Source of the DNA: a virus
Taxonomy: Duplodnaviria > Caudoviricetes
Virus record (IMG/VR): IMGVR_UViG_3300025759_000088
Location: 1,073 to 65,072 of that record
Length of the DNA: 64,000 nt
Direction: 5' to 3' (one strand)
This document shows positions 1 to 8,959 of the stretch, piece after piece. The notes under the pieces were generated by a model. The model saw only the letters and a program-made list of their open reading frames with translations. It did no database searches and was not told where the DNA came from. Position 1 is the first letter of the stretch, and each line of letters opens with the position of its first letter. A program made the translations under genes and the position numbers.

Positions 1-66
1 ATTATGCACTGCACTAAACAGTTCGCTCTTGAAAGACGTACACAAGAAATTTCCAGAAAAAGCCAT
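1..66 (-). CDS. Virion protein, 5' part only (runs off the window edge)
   Basis: Translates MAFSGNFLCTSFKSELFSAVHN, homologous to the N-terminus of 60321..60743. Confidence 0.75.
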   Translation of the reverse strand, partial: MAFSGNFLCTSFKSELFSAVHN

Positions 67-75
67 TTTCTACTC

Positions 76-876
76 CTATGGCGTGTTTGCCGTGCCGCCC
101 ATACCACTGTGATTTGAGCAGTAATAATACAGAGTTGGAGCCCCAGAGGCTACCGTGATCTGTGTATACGCCCCTGAACTGCCCGGAGTGCCGTTGTGCG
201 TTACACCGGTGGTGTATTCACTACCCCCCGCATGTGTTCCATTAGAAGTGGTAGAGAATCTGAAGGGATGCCCGGAATTACTGGAATCAGACTGATCAAA
301 TCGATAAGTGCTTCCCTCGTTGAGGGTGAGGGTTGGGGCAGCGCCTGAAAGACCTGCAATATAGTATTTATTACCGTATCCATCGCTTGAAACCGTTACC
401 GTATAAACTGTTATTGCCAATACAGAGACTGAACCTACGGCACTTGTCCCTGCTACGCCAGTTACCGCCGCCGTTGCAGATGCTATGTTAGACGCAACCA
501 CGCTTCCAACGTAACCTTCCGCGGAGATGCCCGTAATTGATACTGAAATAGCTTCTCCCGTCGCACTGCCCGTCGCCACTACCTGCCCGACTGAACCTAG
601 CATGACAGGTACTGGAATATACCTGATGGTGGTAAGATTGAAGGTTGGGAAAGTCACATTCACAGAAAAAATGTTCTGAGTGTCAGGTCTTGGATCACGC
701 AACGCTTGCGGATCCGCTATATTCCGTACAGGAAACAACTGTGGGTGTTTAGGATCAAATTCATCCGGGCCTACAATAGCCCCAGTCCATTCACGCTTTG
801 CGTCCCTATATCTGTACCTCTGACCAGAACGGTCAGAAATAAAATAAGCTCTTTTTCCTGACGCAAATTTAGACAT
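76..876 (-). CDS. Virion protein with C-terminal cupredoxin/plastocyanin-like domain
   Basis: N-terminal SDRSGxRY..PKHPQL motif; C-terminal GHPF...YYYCSNHSGMG (H/C/H/M ligands); homologue at 60752..61489. Confidence 0.7.
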   Translation of the reverse strand: MSKFASGKRAYFISDRSGQRYRYRDAKREWTGAIVGPDEFDPKHPQLFPVRNIADPQALRDPRPDTQNIFSVNVTFPTFNLTTIRYIPVPVMLGSVGQVVATGSATGEAISVSITGISAEGYVGSVVASNIASATAAVTGVAGTSAVGSVSVLAITVYTVTVSSDGYGNKYYIAGLSGAAPTLTLNEGSTYRFDQSDSSNSGHPFRFSTTSNGTHAGGSEYTTGVTHNGTPGSSGAYTQITVASGAPTLYYYCSNHSGMGGTANTP

Positions 877-1544
877 CAATTTACTCGTAAATACTGATAC
901 TGAGGCGTCACGTTAAATGAAGATCTATCCCGATCCTCTGTACGCGCTCTCTCAAACTCCTCTTCATAGACCGCTTTTAAAAGTTGAACGCGTTCAGGAG
1001 CTTTCTTCATTGAAATGTAGTACGCCAGCCCCGCGGCCAAACAAGGGTAAAACCGAAAAGGAACTTCTATTGTGTTTGTATAGACATCCGCATCATCCAT
1101 CCGCACAAGGGCATCGTAAATTATCGTGTCGGTGGCATTCTCAGGAGTGGGGTACAGTTTCAAAGACGGTGTAATTTGCCGATCTAAAAAAAATTGGCTT
1201 GGACGCCCCTGAGTGGTTTTTGAGGGGATGACTATGTACCCATCTCTACTGAGGCGCTGCATAGACAAATCAGAATTGCTTCTGCTGCACACCGCCGACA
1301 ATATGTCGATCACATCCGTGCCAAGATTGTACGCGCTAGTGCCTTGAGACAGGGTCAACGTCCTCTGCGCGATTGTCCATTGGTTCAAGCCACGGTTAGC
1401 CCAATCCGCAAGAAGCAGATTGAGGGAACGTTTTGCGGTGCGGGCATCGTATCCCGTCCTGAACTCTAACCCACACCGCTCAAAAGCTTCTTCGATGTAT
1501 TCATCGACTTGAAGCTCAAAGTTTTTTGACCCCGAAGTAGCCAT
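876..1544 (-). CDS. Head-tail adaptor / tail tubular-like protein
   Basis: 222 aa with GRPSQF..LYPTP motif, inside the structural operon; homologue at 61489..62157. Confidence 0.6.
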   Translation of the reverse strand: MATSGSKNFELQVDEYIEEAFERCGLEFRTGYDARTAKRSLNLLLADWANRGLNQWTIAQRTLTLSQGTSAYNLGTDVIDILSAVCSRSNSDLSMQRLSRDGYIVIPSKTTQGRPSQFFLDRQITPSLKLYPTPENATDTIIYDALVRMDDADVYTNTIEVPFRFYPCLAAGLAYYISMKKAPERVQLLKAVYEEEFERARTEDRDRSSFNVTPQYQYLRVN

Positions 1545-1546
1545 GA

Positions 1547-1705
1547 TTACTTCTTAACCCTGCCACCACGTTTCATTTTCTTTTTAGCCATACCGCCACC
1601 GCGCATCATAAGAGGCTTTTTAGCCATGCCACCACCGCGCATCATCTTTGGAGCCGCCTTTTTAGCCGCTCCGCCGCGCATCATCTTCTTAGCTTTTTTC
1701 CGCAT
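1547..1705 (-). CDS. Very basic small protein with M-x-R-G-G repeats (possible DNA-condensing core protein)
   Basis: MRKKAKKMMRGG...; four MxRGG units; GGAG RBS upstream of the ATG at 1705. Confidence 0.7.
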   Translation of the reverse strand: MRKKAKKMMRGGAAKKAAPKMMRGGGMAKKPLMMRGGGMAKKKMKRGGRVKK

Positions 1706-2270
1706 CTTTAAATCTCCTGTACAAGAATTTACGGTTTTCATACAGTTGAGAAGAGTCATAATACTCTTCGCAGTTGTTATAGTACCCTTTCACTCTAAGG
1801 GCATCCGACGCTTCTTGCAACTTAGTCAATCTTTGCAAAAAGATCATAGCATACGAAACCTCAGAGGTCGATGTTGCGCTTTCAAAGTCCGTGTCATCTA
1901 AAAAATCGTTGTCTTCATCGTCTGGGTGGAACCCCATCAAGAACATGTCTTTGTTTATCAAAACGCCTTCGGATATCATGTCGTTCAACATGTTGAGATA
2001 TCTATCCATCTCATCTATTGGCAACGGACAAAAATCTATAAGAATTACAACGTCTTTAGTGTCATCCCATTGAGAGACTAGGGTGTAAAGATCTTGCCAA
2101 TGGTCATTGTACTTAAAACAAAACCCTACACGATCTTGTGCCCATGCTGTTTTTGCATAGGGGCATGCGGGTAAGTCATTGTAATTTGGATTTATTTTTT
2201 CCAAAGCATGCGAAGACCAATCTCGCATTTCTTTAATAATTTCTTGCTCCAGTTGAAAATTTGGAAGCAT
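1689..2270 (-). CDS. Hypothetical protein, DUF1415-like
   Basis: CPYAK and GFHPD motifs; in operon. Confidence 0.5.
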   Translation of the reverse strand: MLPNFQLEQEIIKEMRDWSSHALEKINPNYNDLPACPYAKTAWAQDRVGFCFKYNDHWQDLYTLVSQWDDTKDVVILIDFCPLPIDEMDRYLNMLNDMISEGVLINKDMFLMGFHPDDEDNDFLDDTDFESATSTSEVSYAMIFLQRLTKLQEASDALRVKGYYNNCEEYYDSSQLYENRKFLYRRFKDAEKS

Positions 2271-2279
2271 TTTATTCTC

Positions 2280-2666
2280 TCAAGTTTGTACAACAGAGCC
2301 TTTTGTTCTTTTTCGGCGGTTCGGCATGACTGCTCCGCAGCCTCTAGCAACCGCAGTTCCGCGAACAGATTTGCCTTTGAAGGGTCTTTTTGGTTTTGTC
2401 GTTGGTACAGCAGCGCCGCCATTTGCCATTTTTCTGACCTTGGCTTCTTTGGTGTTAGATACAACGGTCTTGCCGCCAGCCCCCGCTTTTTTCTTTTTCC
2501 GTGCAGTAGAGGCGCGTTGAGCTTTTGTAAGACTGTTAGCTTTAGCCCGCGGCAGACAGCGATCAGGATTTTTTTTATCTTTAGAAGTGCCGCACTTGCC
2601 TTTAATTGAACCGTCACTACCAATCCTTACCCAATCCTGCTTCAACCATTTTTGAAGCTCACCCAT
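2280..2666 (-). CDS. Small Lys/Arg-rich phage protein
   Basis: LxKWxKxDW start, KMANGG motif and ARGCG motif; related segments in 62367..62645 and 63530..63787. Confidence 0.7.
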   Translation of the reverse strand: MGELQKWLKQDWVRIGSDGSIKGKCGTSKDKKNPDRCLPRAKANSLTKAQRASTARKKKKAGAGGKTVVSNTKEAKVRKMANGGAAVPTTKPKRPFKGKSVRGTAVARGCGAVMPNRRKRTKGSVVQT

Positions 2667-2926
2667 TACTTTCCTTTCCGCTTTCCGCCTTTTGACTTTT
2701 TAGCGTAGTTTGGGTCTTTGCAGTATTTGGATGCGGCCAAGTTTGCATACGCCGACGGGTATGTATCAAACGTCCGTTTAGCCCATGCTTTTCCTTCCGG
2801 GCAAATCTTGGACCCTTTGCTTTTCCTACTGACACCGCCGCCCTTTCTAAAATAAGTGGGCGTTATCTTTTTTGATTTAGGCCCTGTGTTTACTTGCCTA
2901 TTCATTGATCCACGCAGCATAGTCAT
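2666..2926 (-). CDS. Small basic phage protein (PSAYA motif)
   Basis: YPSAYAN motif shared with 63530..63787; FRKGG motif. Confidence 0.7.
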   Translation of the reverse strand: MTMLRGSMNRQVNTGPKSKKITPTYFRKGGGVSRKSKGSKICPEGKAWAKRTFDTYPSAYANLAASKYCKDPNYAKKSKGGKRKGK

Positions 2927-3122
2927 CAGACTTCTCCAACAAAAAATCTTCCCACATGGGAGTAATCATTTCGTGATTAGCCGCAATTTTCTCTTCAACA
3001 TTTTCAAGTTGAACAGTCAAAACCGCTAAATCTGTTTTGACAACAGACATTTCCATCGATATCCAACCAATTCCGGTCAAAATTAAAGCTGGCGCAATCT
3101 TATCCCACGTCAACATTTCCAT
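2898..3122 (-). CDS. Small membrane/coiled-coil protein
   Basis: Hydrophobic N-terminus then coiled coil; a homologous C-terminus is seen at the right window edge. Confidence 0.6.
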   Translation of the reverse strand: MEMLTWDKIAPALILTGIGWISMEMSVVKTDLAVLTVQLENVEEKIAANHEMITPMWEDFLLEKSDDYAAWINE

Positions 3123-3394
3123 CTCTTCCTAGCTTGGCGTAAACGGCTGTTAGGATTTTTTGCAGCCTTTGGAAATTTTTTCATTTGACCCGCGGAACGA
3201 GCGCAAAAGGACTTACGTCTTTTAGCGTCTTTTGAACCCTTCTTTACCTTGCCGGTAACCGCAGTTTTTAACTTACTTCCGGGGTTTGCTTTTCGATACG
3301 CTGCCACCCCAGCTTTGGTCATTCCCGCCCCAGACTTTGTGGGGCGGAAATTTTTTTTGTTTCGCTTCGGCATTTTATCATCACGCGAAGCCAT
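3110..3394 (-). CDS. Small basic phage protein (RRKSFCARS...RWKC family)
   Basis: Lys/Arg-rich ORF in operon with this recurrent phage motif. Confidence 0.7.
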   Translation of the reverse strand: MASRDDKMPKRNKKNFRPTKSGAGMTKAGVAAYRKANPGSKLKTAVTGKVKKGSKDAKRRKSFCARSAGQMKKFPKAAKNPNSRLRQARKRWKC

Positions 3395-3401
3395 AACTCA
3401 C

Positions 3402-3674
3402 CTAGTTAAAAAAGAACGTTACTGCGGTGATATTAGTCAAAGTGCCGACAAAGATGTCGGTGACTCTAATACCTTCCGCAGGAATGTTCACAGAATGCGT
3501 GTCAGAGGCGTTAAAGTCCAAATCTAAGACCGTAGCACCGCCGGAGCCATCTGTAAGAGTGAGCCGTGGAGTTCCAGATCCAGTTTTTAATTGTATCTGT
3601 CTAATACGGGCGGGACCGACACCCAATGAACCAGTGCCGGTGACCCGCTTTGTTTTTACGTCAGAGCCTGCCAT
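3402..3674 (-). CDS. Putative small virion protein
   Basis: Beta-rich 90-aa ORF with GAGGAG RBS. Confidence 0.65.
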   Translation of the reverse strand: MAGSDVKTKRVTGTGSLGVGPARIRQIQLKTGSGTPRLTLTDGSGGATVLDLDFNASDTHSVNIPAEGIRVTDIFVGTLTNITAVTFFFN

Positions 3675-3677
3675 AGC

Positions 3678-3761
3678 TTACTCCTCATTCTTTTTCGTAG
3701 CCTTCTTGATGGCCTTTACAACCTTCTTAACAGGCTTTTTACCGCTGTTGAGCTTACCCAT
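3678..3761 (-). CDS. 27-aa basic peptide
   Basis: MGKLNSGKKPVKKVVKAIKKATKKNEE; fills the operon gap and has a GAGG RBS; not in the ORF track. Confidence 0.5.
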   Translation of the reverse strand: MGKLNSGKKPVKKVVKAIKKATKKNEE

Positions 3762-3771
3762 GATAAGCCTC

Positions 3772-4254
3772 TTACGAAACAGCAGCAGAGAAAGGAGTGG
3801 CTTCAGTGCCTGTTGCTGCGCCGCGGGCAACTACTGAGAACACATTTGACGCCACATCTTGAATCTCAATTGTAGCTCCAAGAATACCGCCGGTGGTCGT
3901 ACCATTTAGAGTAATGGTATCGCTCGTTGCGGCAGTTTCAAAAATAGATGCAGAATTGTCTGAGTCATTAGCAACAATCGCTACACCGGCCATTGTGTCG
4001 TCACCGCTGGCAACCTGAATGATGTAATTGTTTGAGGTGACGGTGGTTGCTACAAAAAACTTGTAAACATTACCCGTGCCGCTGGCGGCAGGAAGAGTAA
4101 CAGTCGCGCCGCTTGCTACACCCAAGACCATTGTACGGCCCGCATTAGAAGCAGAAGTCAATGTTACATCAGCAGCCACAGATACGAGAGAATCTGATCC
4201 TGAAATAAATCCAGCGGTAGAGGTCACCGGACCTGAAAAAGTAGTTGAAGCCAT
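3772..4254 (-). CDS. Putative capsid-associated fibre/decoration protein
   Basis: MASTTFSGPV start, Ala/Thr/Ser-rich, first gene after the major capsid gene. Confidence 0.55.
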   Translation of the reverse strand: MASTTFSGPVTSTAGFISGSDSLVSVAADVTLTSASNAGRTMVLGVASGATVTLPAASGTGNVYKFFVATTVTSNNYIIQVASGDDTMAGVAIVANDSDNSASIFETAATSDTITLNGTTTGGILGATIEIQDVASNVFSVVARGAATGTEATPFSAAVS

Positions 4255-4261
4255 ATTAACA

Positions 4262-4342
4262 CCCTTTGCACAAGGTTTCGCTTTGTAGTCCGTGCAATGT
4301 CAGGTGGGCATGATCCTGTCTACAAAGCTAAGTTGCGCCCAA
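4262..4342 (-). ncRNA. Structured RNA downstream of the major capsid gene (candidate Mu-gpT-DE-like element)
   Basis: 9-bp stem GCTTTGTAG/CTACAAAGC, inner CAGG/CCTG stem, and two possible pseudoknots (TGGGC/GCCCA, TTGCAC/GTGCAA). Confidence 0.55.
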
Positions 4343-4352
4343 AATCAATATA

Positions 4353-4388
4353 TAACAAAAAGGAAAGGGCGGCAACCGCCGCCCTTTC
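4353..4388 (-). terminator. Intrinsic terminator after the capsid gene
   Basis: GAAAGGGCGGC/GCCGCCCTTTC hairpin followed by a T-rich tract on the minus strand. Confidence 0.8.
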
Positions 4389-4408
4389 TCAAATTTATTT
4401 CGCCGCTG

Positions 4409-5314
4409 TTACGCGCCGGGTGTGCCGAAGACACTGCGCCAGTCAGATACGCCGAAGCTATAACGCTCACGTGCCTTGAAGCGCATGTTACCCGTATCAA
4501 AATCACCTTCCATGGCAGTCTTGATTGGCGAACGGTTAAACATCTTAAAGCCGTTAGGTGCATCAGTCTTGATGAAAAATGCATCTGTGTCGGTCAGGAA
4601 GTGGTTAACCACTGCGCCGTCGGGGATCATGCCCATATTCTTCATGGCATTCGCATCATTGTCGGCGGTGCCAACACGAAGGTTTGAGTTCATTACACGC
4701 TCTGCAATAAACTGAAGTTCCTTCGGAATGATGAGCTTCATACCGCGGACAGCAACCTTGAGCCCGCGCTCATCGGTAAAGCCTGCGATATCAATCAGCA
4801 TCTGCTCCAGTGACGTTTCGTTAAGATCCGCCGCTGTAGAAAGCAGGTTACGCTGGTTGCCAGACAGAGATGGGTGAGCGGCAGAACAAAGTGCTGCACC
4901 GTCACCAATCGGGCTACCGGTGCTGAACGCATTGTTCAGAATCGCCGCAGCCTTGATCTGCTTGGTTTGTGCCATTGAACGAGCCAGCGCTTTTGTGTAA
5001 CGCGAAGCCAGACGATCATAAAGATTGTCTTCAATAGCCTCTTCAGTAATTGAAAACGCAAGAGCAATTGTCTCGTGTGTGTAACGAGCCGTATATGTCT
5101 CTTGTGCATCATCAAACTGAACAGCACCACCTTCGTTCTTAACAGGAGCCGTTGTGAAGCCCCCCAACATCACCTCTTCTTCAAAGGCCCGATCTGAGGA
5201 CTCTTCTTCAAAGACTTCTGCATGCTCGTTCTCGTAACGAGAATACTCCAGACCAAACAGCGCGTTTAGGCCCGGCTCTAGCTCTTTTGCTAGTTGTGCG
5301 CGAGAAATAGCCAT
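4409..5314 (-). CDS. Major capsid protein
   Basis: MAISRAQLAKELEPGLNALFGLEY start, typical of this marine phage group; downstream of the scaffold and followed by a terminator. Confidence 0.9.
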   Translation of the reverse strand: MAISRAQLAKELEPGLNALFGLEYSRYENEHAEVFEEESSDRAFEEEVMLGGFTTAPVKNEGGAVQFDDAQETYTARYTHETIALAFSITEEAIEDNLYDRLASRYTKALARSMAQTKQIKAAAILNNAFSTGSPIGDGAALCSAAHPSLSGNQRNLLSTAADLNETSLEQMLIDIAGFTDERGLKVAVRGMKLIIPKELQFIAERVMNSNLRVGTADNDANAMKNMGMIPDGAVVNHFLTDTDAFFIKTDAPNGFKMFNRSPIKTAMEGDFDTGNMRFKARERYSFGVSDWRSVFGTPGA

Positions 5315-5331
5315 TGTCTATATCTCCCTTC

Positions 5332-5979
5332 TTATATGCCAGTAGACGCTGCTGTAGTCTGAGAATCAGAGCTAGAGCAAGGTGCGTTGTGGTGGAAATT
5401 AAACCGAACGATGAAATTCACACCCGCCGACGCATAGTCAAGGTTGGCGACATCTGTCGTCAAACCTACGATACGCATCGCCAAGGTTGCGGTTGTAGCC
5501 GCCGTGGAAATATCAAGTTCAGCAGTTGAACGTCCTGTTGCTGTTGAGCCCGAAGTGGCTGTCGCAAGTGACGCGTTAGCAAAAACATCAGCAAGTGCAG
5601 TTGCACGATCTGTTGTCGTTGTATCCGCGGCTACCATAAACAGTTGATTAGGGTTGTCAGCTACAAGAGCTTTGATTGGAAAGTTCGTATCAACGCTAAC
5701 GTTGTTTGAACCCGGCCAATAATTTTTGAAGACAGTTTTCTTAGTAGAGCTGTCAACATATTCAACGCCCATAAAGACCCCAAGAGCAGGAACCGTACCA
5801 CCGTTTGCATTACCAACAATATCAATCACACCCGCCGCTAGCGGAATGACTGGCGAATACTGATAAATAGCATTCGTATTGTTGGATGCGATCTCATACT
5901 GAGTCACACCAGTGGTGTTAGCCGCTGCACCATTGAGTCCAATTGGACGAAGACCAAAGGCAGTATCTTGGTTTGCCAT
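5332..5979 (-). CDS. Capsid decoration/auxiliary head protein
   Basis: MANQDxAFGLRP start, directly upstream of the capsid gene. Confidence 0.6.
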   Translation of the reverse strand: MANQDTAFGLRPIGLNGAAANTTGVTQYEIASNNTNAIYQYSPVIPLAAGVIDIVGNANGGTVPALGVFMGVEYVDSSTKKTVFKNYWPGSNNVSVDTNFPIKALVADNPNQLFMVAADTTTTDRATALADVFANASLATATSGSTATGRSTAELDISTAATTATLAMRIVGLTTDVANLDYASAGVNFIVRFNFHHNAPCSSSDSQTTAASTGI

Positions 5980-5997
5980 ATTCGTCTCCATTCAGTC

Positions 5998-6483
5998 CTA
6001 TTTTTTAGGACCACCAAAGGTTACACGCGATTGACGATCAGCATTGCTGATCCTCATTGTAGAGTGAGAATTTTCCCGCATCATATCGTGATCCACGGCT
6101 TCCATTTGGTCTTGAGTCCTACCATCAAAGTAAGCACTCCGTTCCGCAACAGTCTCCAATGGGATACGAGCAAGAACTAATCCGCCAACTCCAAACACAC
6201 CAGCATATTTACCTGAATCAACGACGGGGGCCTCAAAATCTGGGTACTCATCTTGGCGGACAAGTTCGTAGCCTTCGCGTAGACGCGCAGAAATGTTTTT
6301 CTGATCATCAAATCCACGAACTTCAGCCCTAATCCAACGATGCTTGTATCCATCGGGCGCAGGTGGTGCGTCTAGCATAGACGGGGGAGCCCAAGGCTTA
6401 CGCCTTGTCTCTTTCTCCCTTGTCTTACTAGCACGGGAGCTACGATCAACGCCGGTAGACCTTGTTACTTCTATGTCAGACAC
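5998..6483 (-). CDS. Conserved head-module protein
   Basis: WAPPSMLDAPPAPDGYKHRWIR motif, between scaffold and capsid. Confidence 0.65.
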   Translation of the reverse strand: MSDIEVTRSTGVDRSSRASKTREKETRRKPWAPPSMLDAPPAPDGYKHRWIRAEVRGFDDQKNISARLREGYELVRQDEYPDFEAPVVDSGKYAGVFGVGGLVLARIPLETVAERSAYFDGRTQDQMEAVDHDMMRENSHSTMRISNADRQSRVTFGGPKK

Positions 6484-6488
6484 TGATC

Positions 6489-7379
6489 TTACTCCTTTAC
6501 GTACTTAGCATACTCTTCAAGAGGCACACCCAATTTCTTGGCTATAGCGACCTGAGAGGGGGTCAATTTGACCTTGCGGCGTCCAGATGTTTTAGCAGTC
6601 CTAGATGCCGAAGCTACCGTCTGAACGGGGCGGCTGCTCGACTGACTGGTTTTGTCAAACTCGTTGGGGAACTTGTCCACAAGTCGTCTGTCAAGCTCAG
6701 TATAGTAATCATCTGAGTTCGGGTCAAACCCTTCATTCTCAACAAGACGTTTATGTATACCAAAGGCCGCATAAGTCATGGCCTCATCCTTACCAAACCA
6801 CTCATTGCGCTCCGCCCAATCCTCTGCTTTTGGATCAGGACGCTGTGGTTCGGAACGATTGTACTGCTGTTCAACAGGAGCAGCCTGTTCTTGCGCCGGT
6901 GGTTGGCGATCAAACTGCGCTTTTGCTTGGCGGGCGCGTTCTTTTGCGACACTTAACTGAGCCAGCCTTTCTTGTGCTTCAACGGCGGCATCCGTGTCAC
7001 CAATAGACATAGCCTGTCGGAGTGCTGTCTTAGCTGTCTCAAGCTCTGACTCAACTCGCCCGGAATACTCTTGGACGTAACCCTCATCTAGGGTTCTCAT
7101 CTTGGTTTTTAATTCGTCAGCTTCTTTTTTTACAGCTTCAGCATAAGCTAACGCATCTTTTTCACGGCGTTCCGCTTCACGTCTCAGTTTTGTAAGACGA
7201 TCAATTCTTTTTTGAGAATCCGAAACTTGTTTTTCCTGTTGAGATGTTTCTTCTTGTGGCACCTCAACAGATGAGTCCTGTTCGCCCTCAACCTCTATTT
7301 CTACAGGCTCTTCCCTTGGCTCCGGCGAACCCGTATCAACGGACTTTTCTACGTCTTTATCTTCCATAAGATTTTCCAT
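6489..7379 (-). CDS. Capsid scaffolding protein
   Basis: Acidic coiled coil with C-terminal LTPSQVAIAKKLGVPLEEYAK helical hook. Confidence 0.75.
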   Translation of the reverse strand: MENLMEDKDVEKSVDTGSPEPREEPVEIEVEGEQDSSVEVPQEETSQQEKQVSDSQKRIDRLTKLRREAERREKDALAYAEAVKKEADELKTKMRTLDEGYVQEYSGRVESELETAKTALRQAMSIGDTDAAVEAQERLAQLSVAKERARQAKAQFDRQPPAQEQAAPVEQQYNRSEPQRPDPKAEDWAERNEWFGKDEAMTYAAFGIHKRLVENEGFDPNSDDYYTELDRRLVDKFPNEFDKTSQSSSRPVQTVASASRTAKTSGRRKVKLTPSQVAIAKKLGVPLEEYAKYVKE

Positions 7380-7387
7380 GATAGCTC

Positions 7388-7816
7388 TCAGTTATGAAGA
7401 ATGTCTTCAGGGTCTAGTACAGTTGCCAGAATTTCGTCGTCATTAAGTATGCGGACTTCACCGCCCTCAATTTTAAAACGAGATCCTGCGTACCTAGCAA
7501 AGATCACCCAATCCCCCTCACGACACCACGGTCCATCGGGAAATTTCTGCTCTTCAGCATAGGCAAGAGCCCCTGCTTTCAAAACATAGCCTACTTGGGT
7601 GGATACCTCATTTTGCTGAACCGCTTGATCCGGCAAATAAATACCCCCGGCGGTCTTCGCTTTGCCTTTGTACGGCAAAACAAGAACCCTCCATCCGGTG
7701 GGTTGAGGCATTCTTTCAATAAGAGATTTATCAAGGAGAGTGGGGTCAAGAACCCTGTCTTTAGGGTCTACCCATGGTGTGGAAGTAACTTCCGCGGGCT
7801 GTATAGCCTCAGTCAT
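7388..7816 (-). CDS. groES: GroES-like co-chaperonin (Cpn10)
   Basis: PTGWRVLV..KTAGGIYLP..GDWVIFARYAG..ILNDDEILA. Confidence 0.9.
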   Translation of the reverse strand: MTEAIQPAEVTSTPWVDPKDRVLDPTLLDKSLIERMPQPTGWRVLVLPYKGKAKTAGGIYLPDQAVQQNEVSTQVGYVLKAGALAYAEEQKFPDGPWCREGDWVIFARYAGSRFKIEGGEVRILNDDEILATVLDPEDILHN

Positions 7817-8006
7817 CTATTAGCTCCTGTTTTTCTAGCAGGCTCTTGAGTTCCTGTTCAACGTATTCAAGACCGTCAATGTTTCCCATCAACCGCCCAT
7901 AGTGTTCCATATCTTTAACACCGCCCGCCATTACAAGCTCTGTGACTTGTTCTTTTTTCTTTCGGACAATATCAAGAATGAACTGTGCGAGATTTATCTC
8001 ATTCAT
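7809..8006 (-). CDS. Conserved small helical protein
   Basis: 65 aa, VKDMEHY..G.I.GL pattern; overlaps the groES start. Confidence 0.65.
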   Translation of the reverse strand: MNEINLAQFILDIVRKKKEQVTELVMAGGVKDMEHYGRLMGNIDGLEYVEQELKSLLEKQELIDD

Positions 8007-8018
8007 ATGAGATTTTTA

Positions 8019-8399
8019 CTACTTCTTCCGAAACTTGTCCAGTCCTCGTATGCCTAATGCTGCGCTACATACGAGAAAAACCAGATATTGATACCAGTCC
8101 GGTAACTCATTCAATCTGTCAAAACCGTTCTTGACCACCTCTTCCATGCCCGGAACAAAGACCAGCACCACCGGAATCAACACGATTACGGTTACAATTT
8201 CGTCTTTGATGCTCGTTGTTGTGGCCTGCGCCATTATGATCTCCCACTTGGAGTCATGGGTGGCGGCGGTCTTCATAATCTCAGCTTTTGCTTCTGCCTC
8301 TGTCTGAGCAAGTGAGGCTTTTGCTTTTTGCTTAGATATCTGTCCTTCCAAGAAAGAGCCCGCAAGTGACGATAACGGTCCCAATAGAGCTTGAAACAT
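8019..8399 (-). CDS. Putative holin
   Basis: Two hydrophobic helices, LPDWYQYL motif and basic C-terminus (GTA 3-TM-holin-like). Confidence 0.55.
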   Translation of the reverse strand: MFQALLGPLSSLAGSFLEGQISKQKAKASLAQTEAEAKAEIMKTAATHDSKWEIIMAQATTTSIKDEIVTVIVLIPVVLVFVPGMEEVVKNGFDRLNELPDWYQYLVFLVCSAALGIRGLDKFRKK

Positions 8400-8413
8400 G
8401 TGACTATTCCTTC

Positions 8414-8641
8414 TTAGTAAATTTTCACCAATTCAGGGTCTACTTGTCTAGGCACACAATATGCCGTCACCCTATCTTTTGCATCAATATATTCAGAAAA
8501 ACCATAGTTGCCGTATCTTTTAGATATTTGTTCCGCAAAATAGTTACATTCAACTATAGAATAAAAATGCATGTTTCCGCTTTCTAGTTTGCGAAAATCA
8601 CCGGTGCCTAAATAAACCATAAGCAAAAAGGCGTCGATCAT
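8414..8641 (-). CDS. Small hypothetical protein (C..CVP motif)
   Basis: Homologue at 63339..63527. Confidence 0.65.
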   Translation of the reverse strand: MIDAFLLMVYLGTGDFRKLESGNMHFYSIVECNYFAEQISKRYGNYGFSEYIDAKDRVTAYCVPRQVDPELVKIY

Positions 8642-8959
8642 TCACTTTCGCGCCATCCAAGCTGTGGTCCCCATATACGCCCCGACTATTCCCGCGCCGG
8701 AAATATAGAATAAACTACTGATTTCACTCAAAGCTTGTATGCGTTCTACTGACACCCATGGTGTAAACATCGCCGCCGTAAAAACACCCATGCCAATCAG
8801 TGTAAACCGCGCCATACGCAATTGAGCCAAGCTCTTTCGCAAATCACGTTCTGTCTCTCGTATTTCTTTGGCGTGTTCTAATTCTTCATCTGTGATTTCG
8901 CCGTCACCGTCGAGATCATACCGCGCATACTCTGTGCCTTCTTGGAACTTTTTGCTCAT
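8642..8959 (-). CDS. EF-hand-like membrane protein
   Basis: DLDGDGEITDEE loop followed by two hydrophobic segments. Confidence 0.55.
   Translation of the reverse strand: MSKKFQEGTEYARYDLDGDGEITDEELEHAKEIRETERDLRKSLAQLRMARFTLIGMGVFTAAMFTPWVSVERIQALSEISSLFYISGAGIVGAYMGTTAWMARK

Noticed and set aside
4262-4342. Hammerhead ribozyme (CTGA..GAAAC present)
   Set aside because: The core reads CTGACAT, not CUGANGA, and the stems do not fit the hammerhead topology
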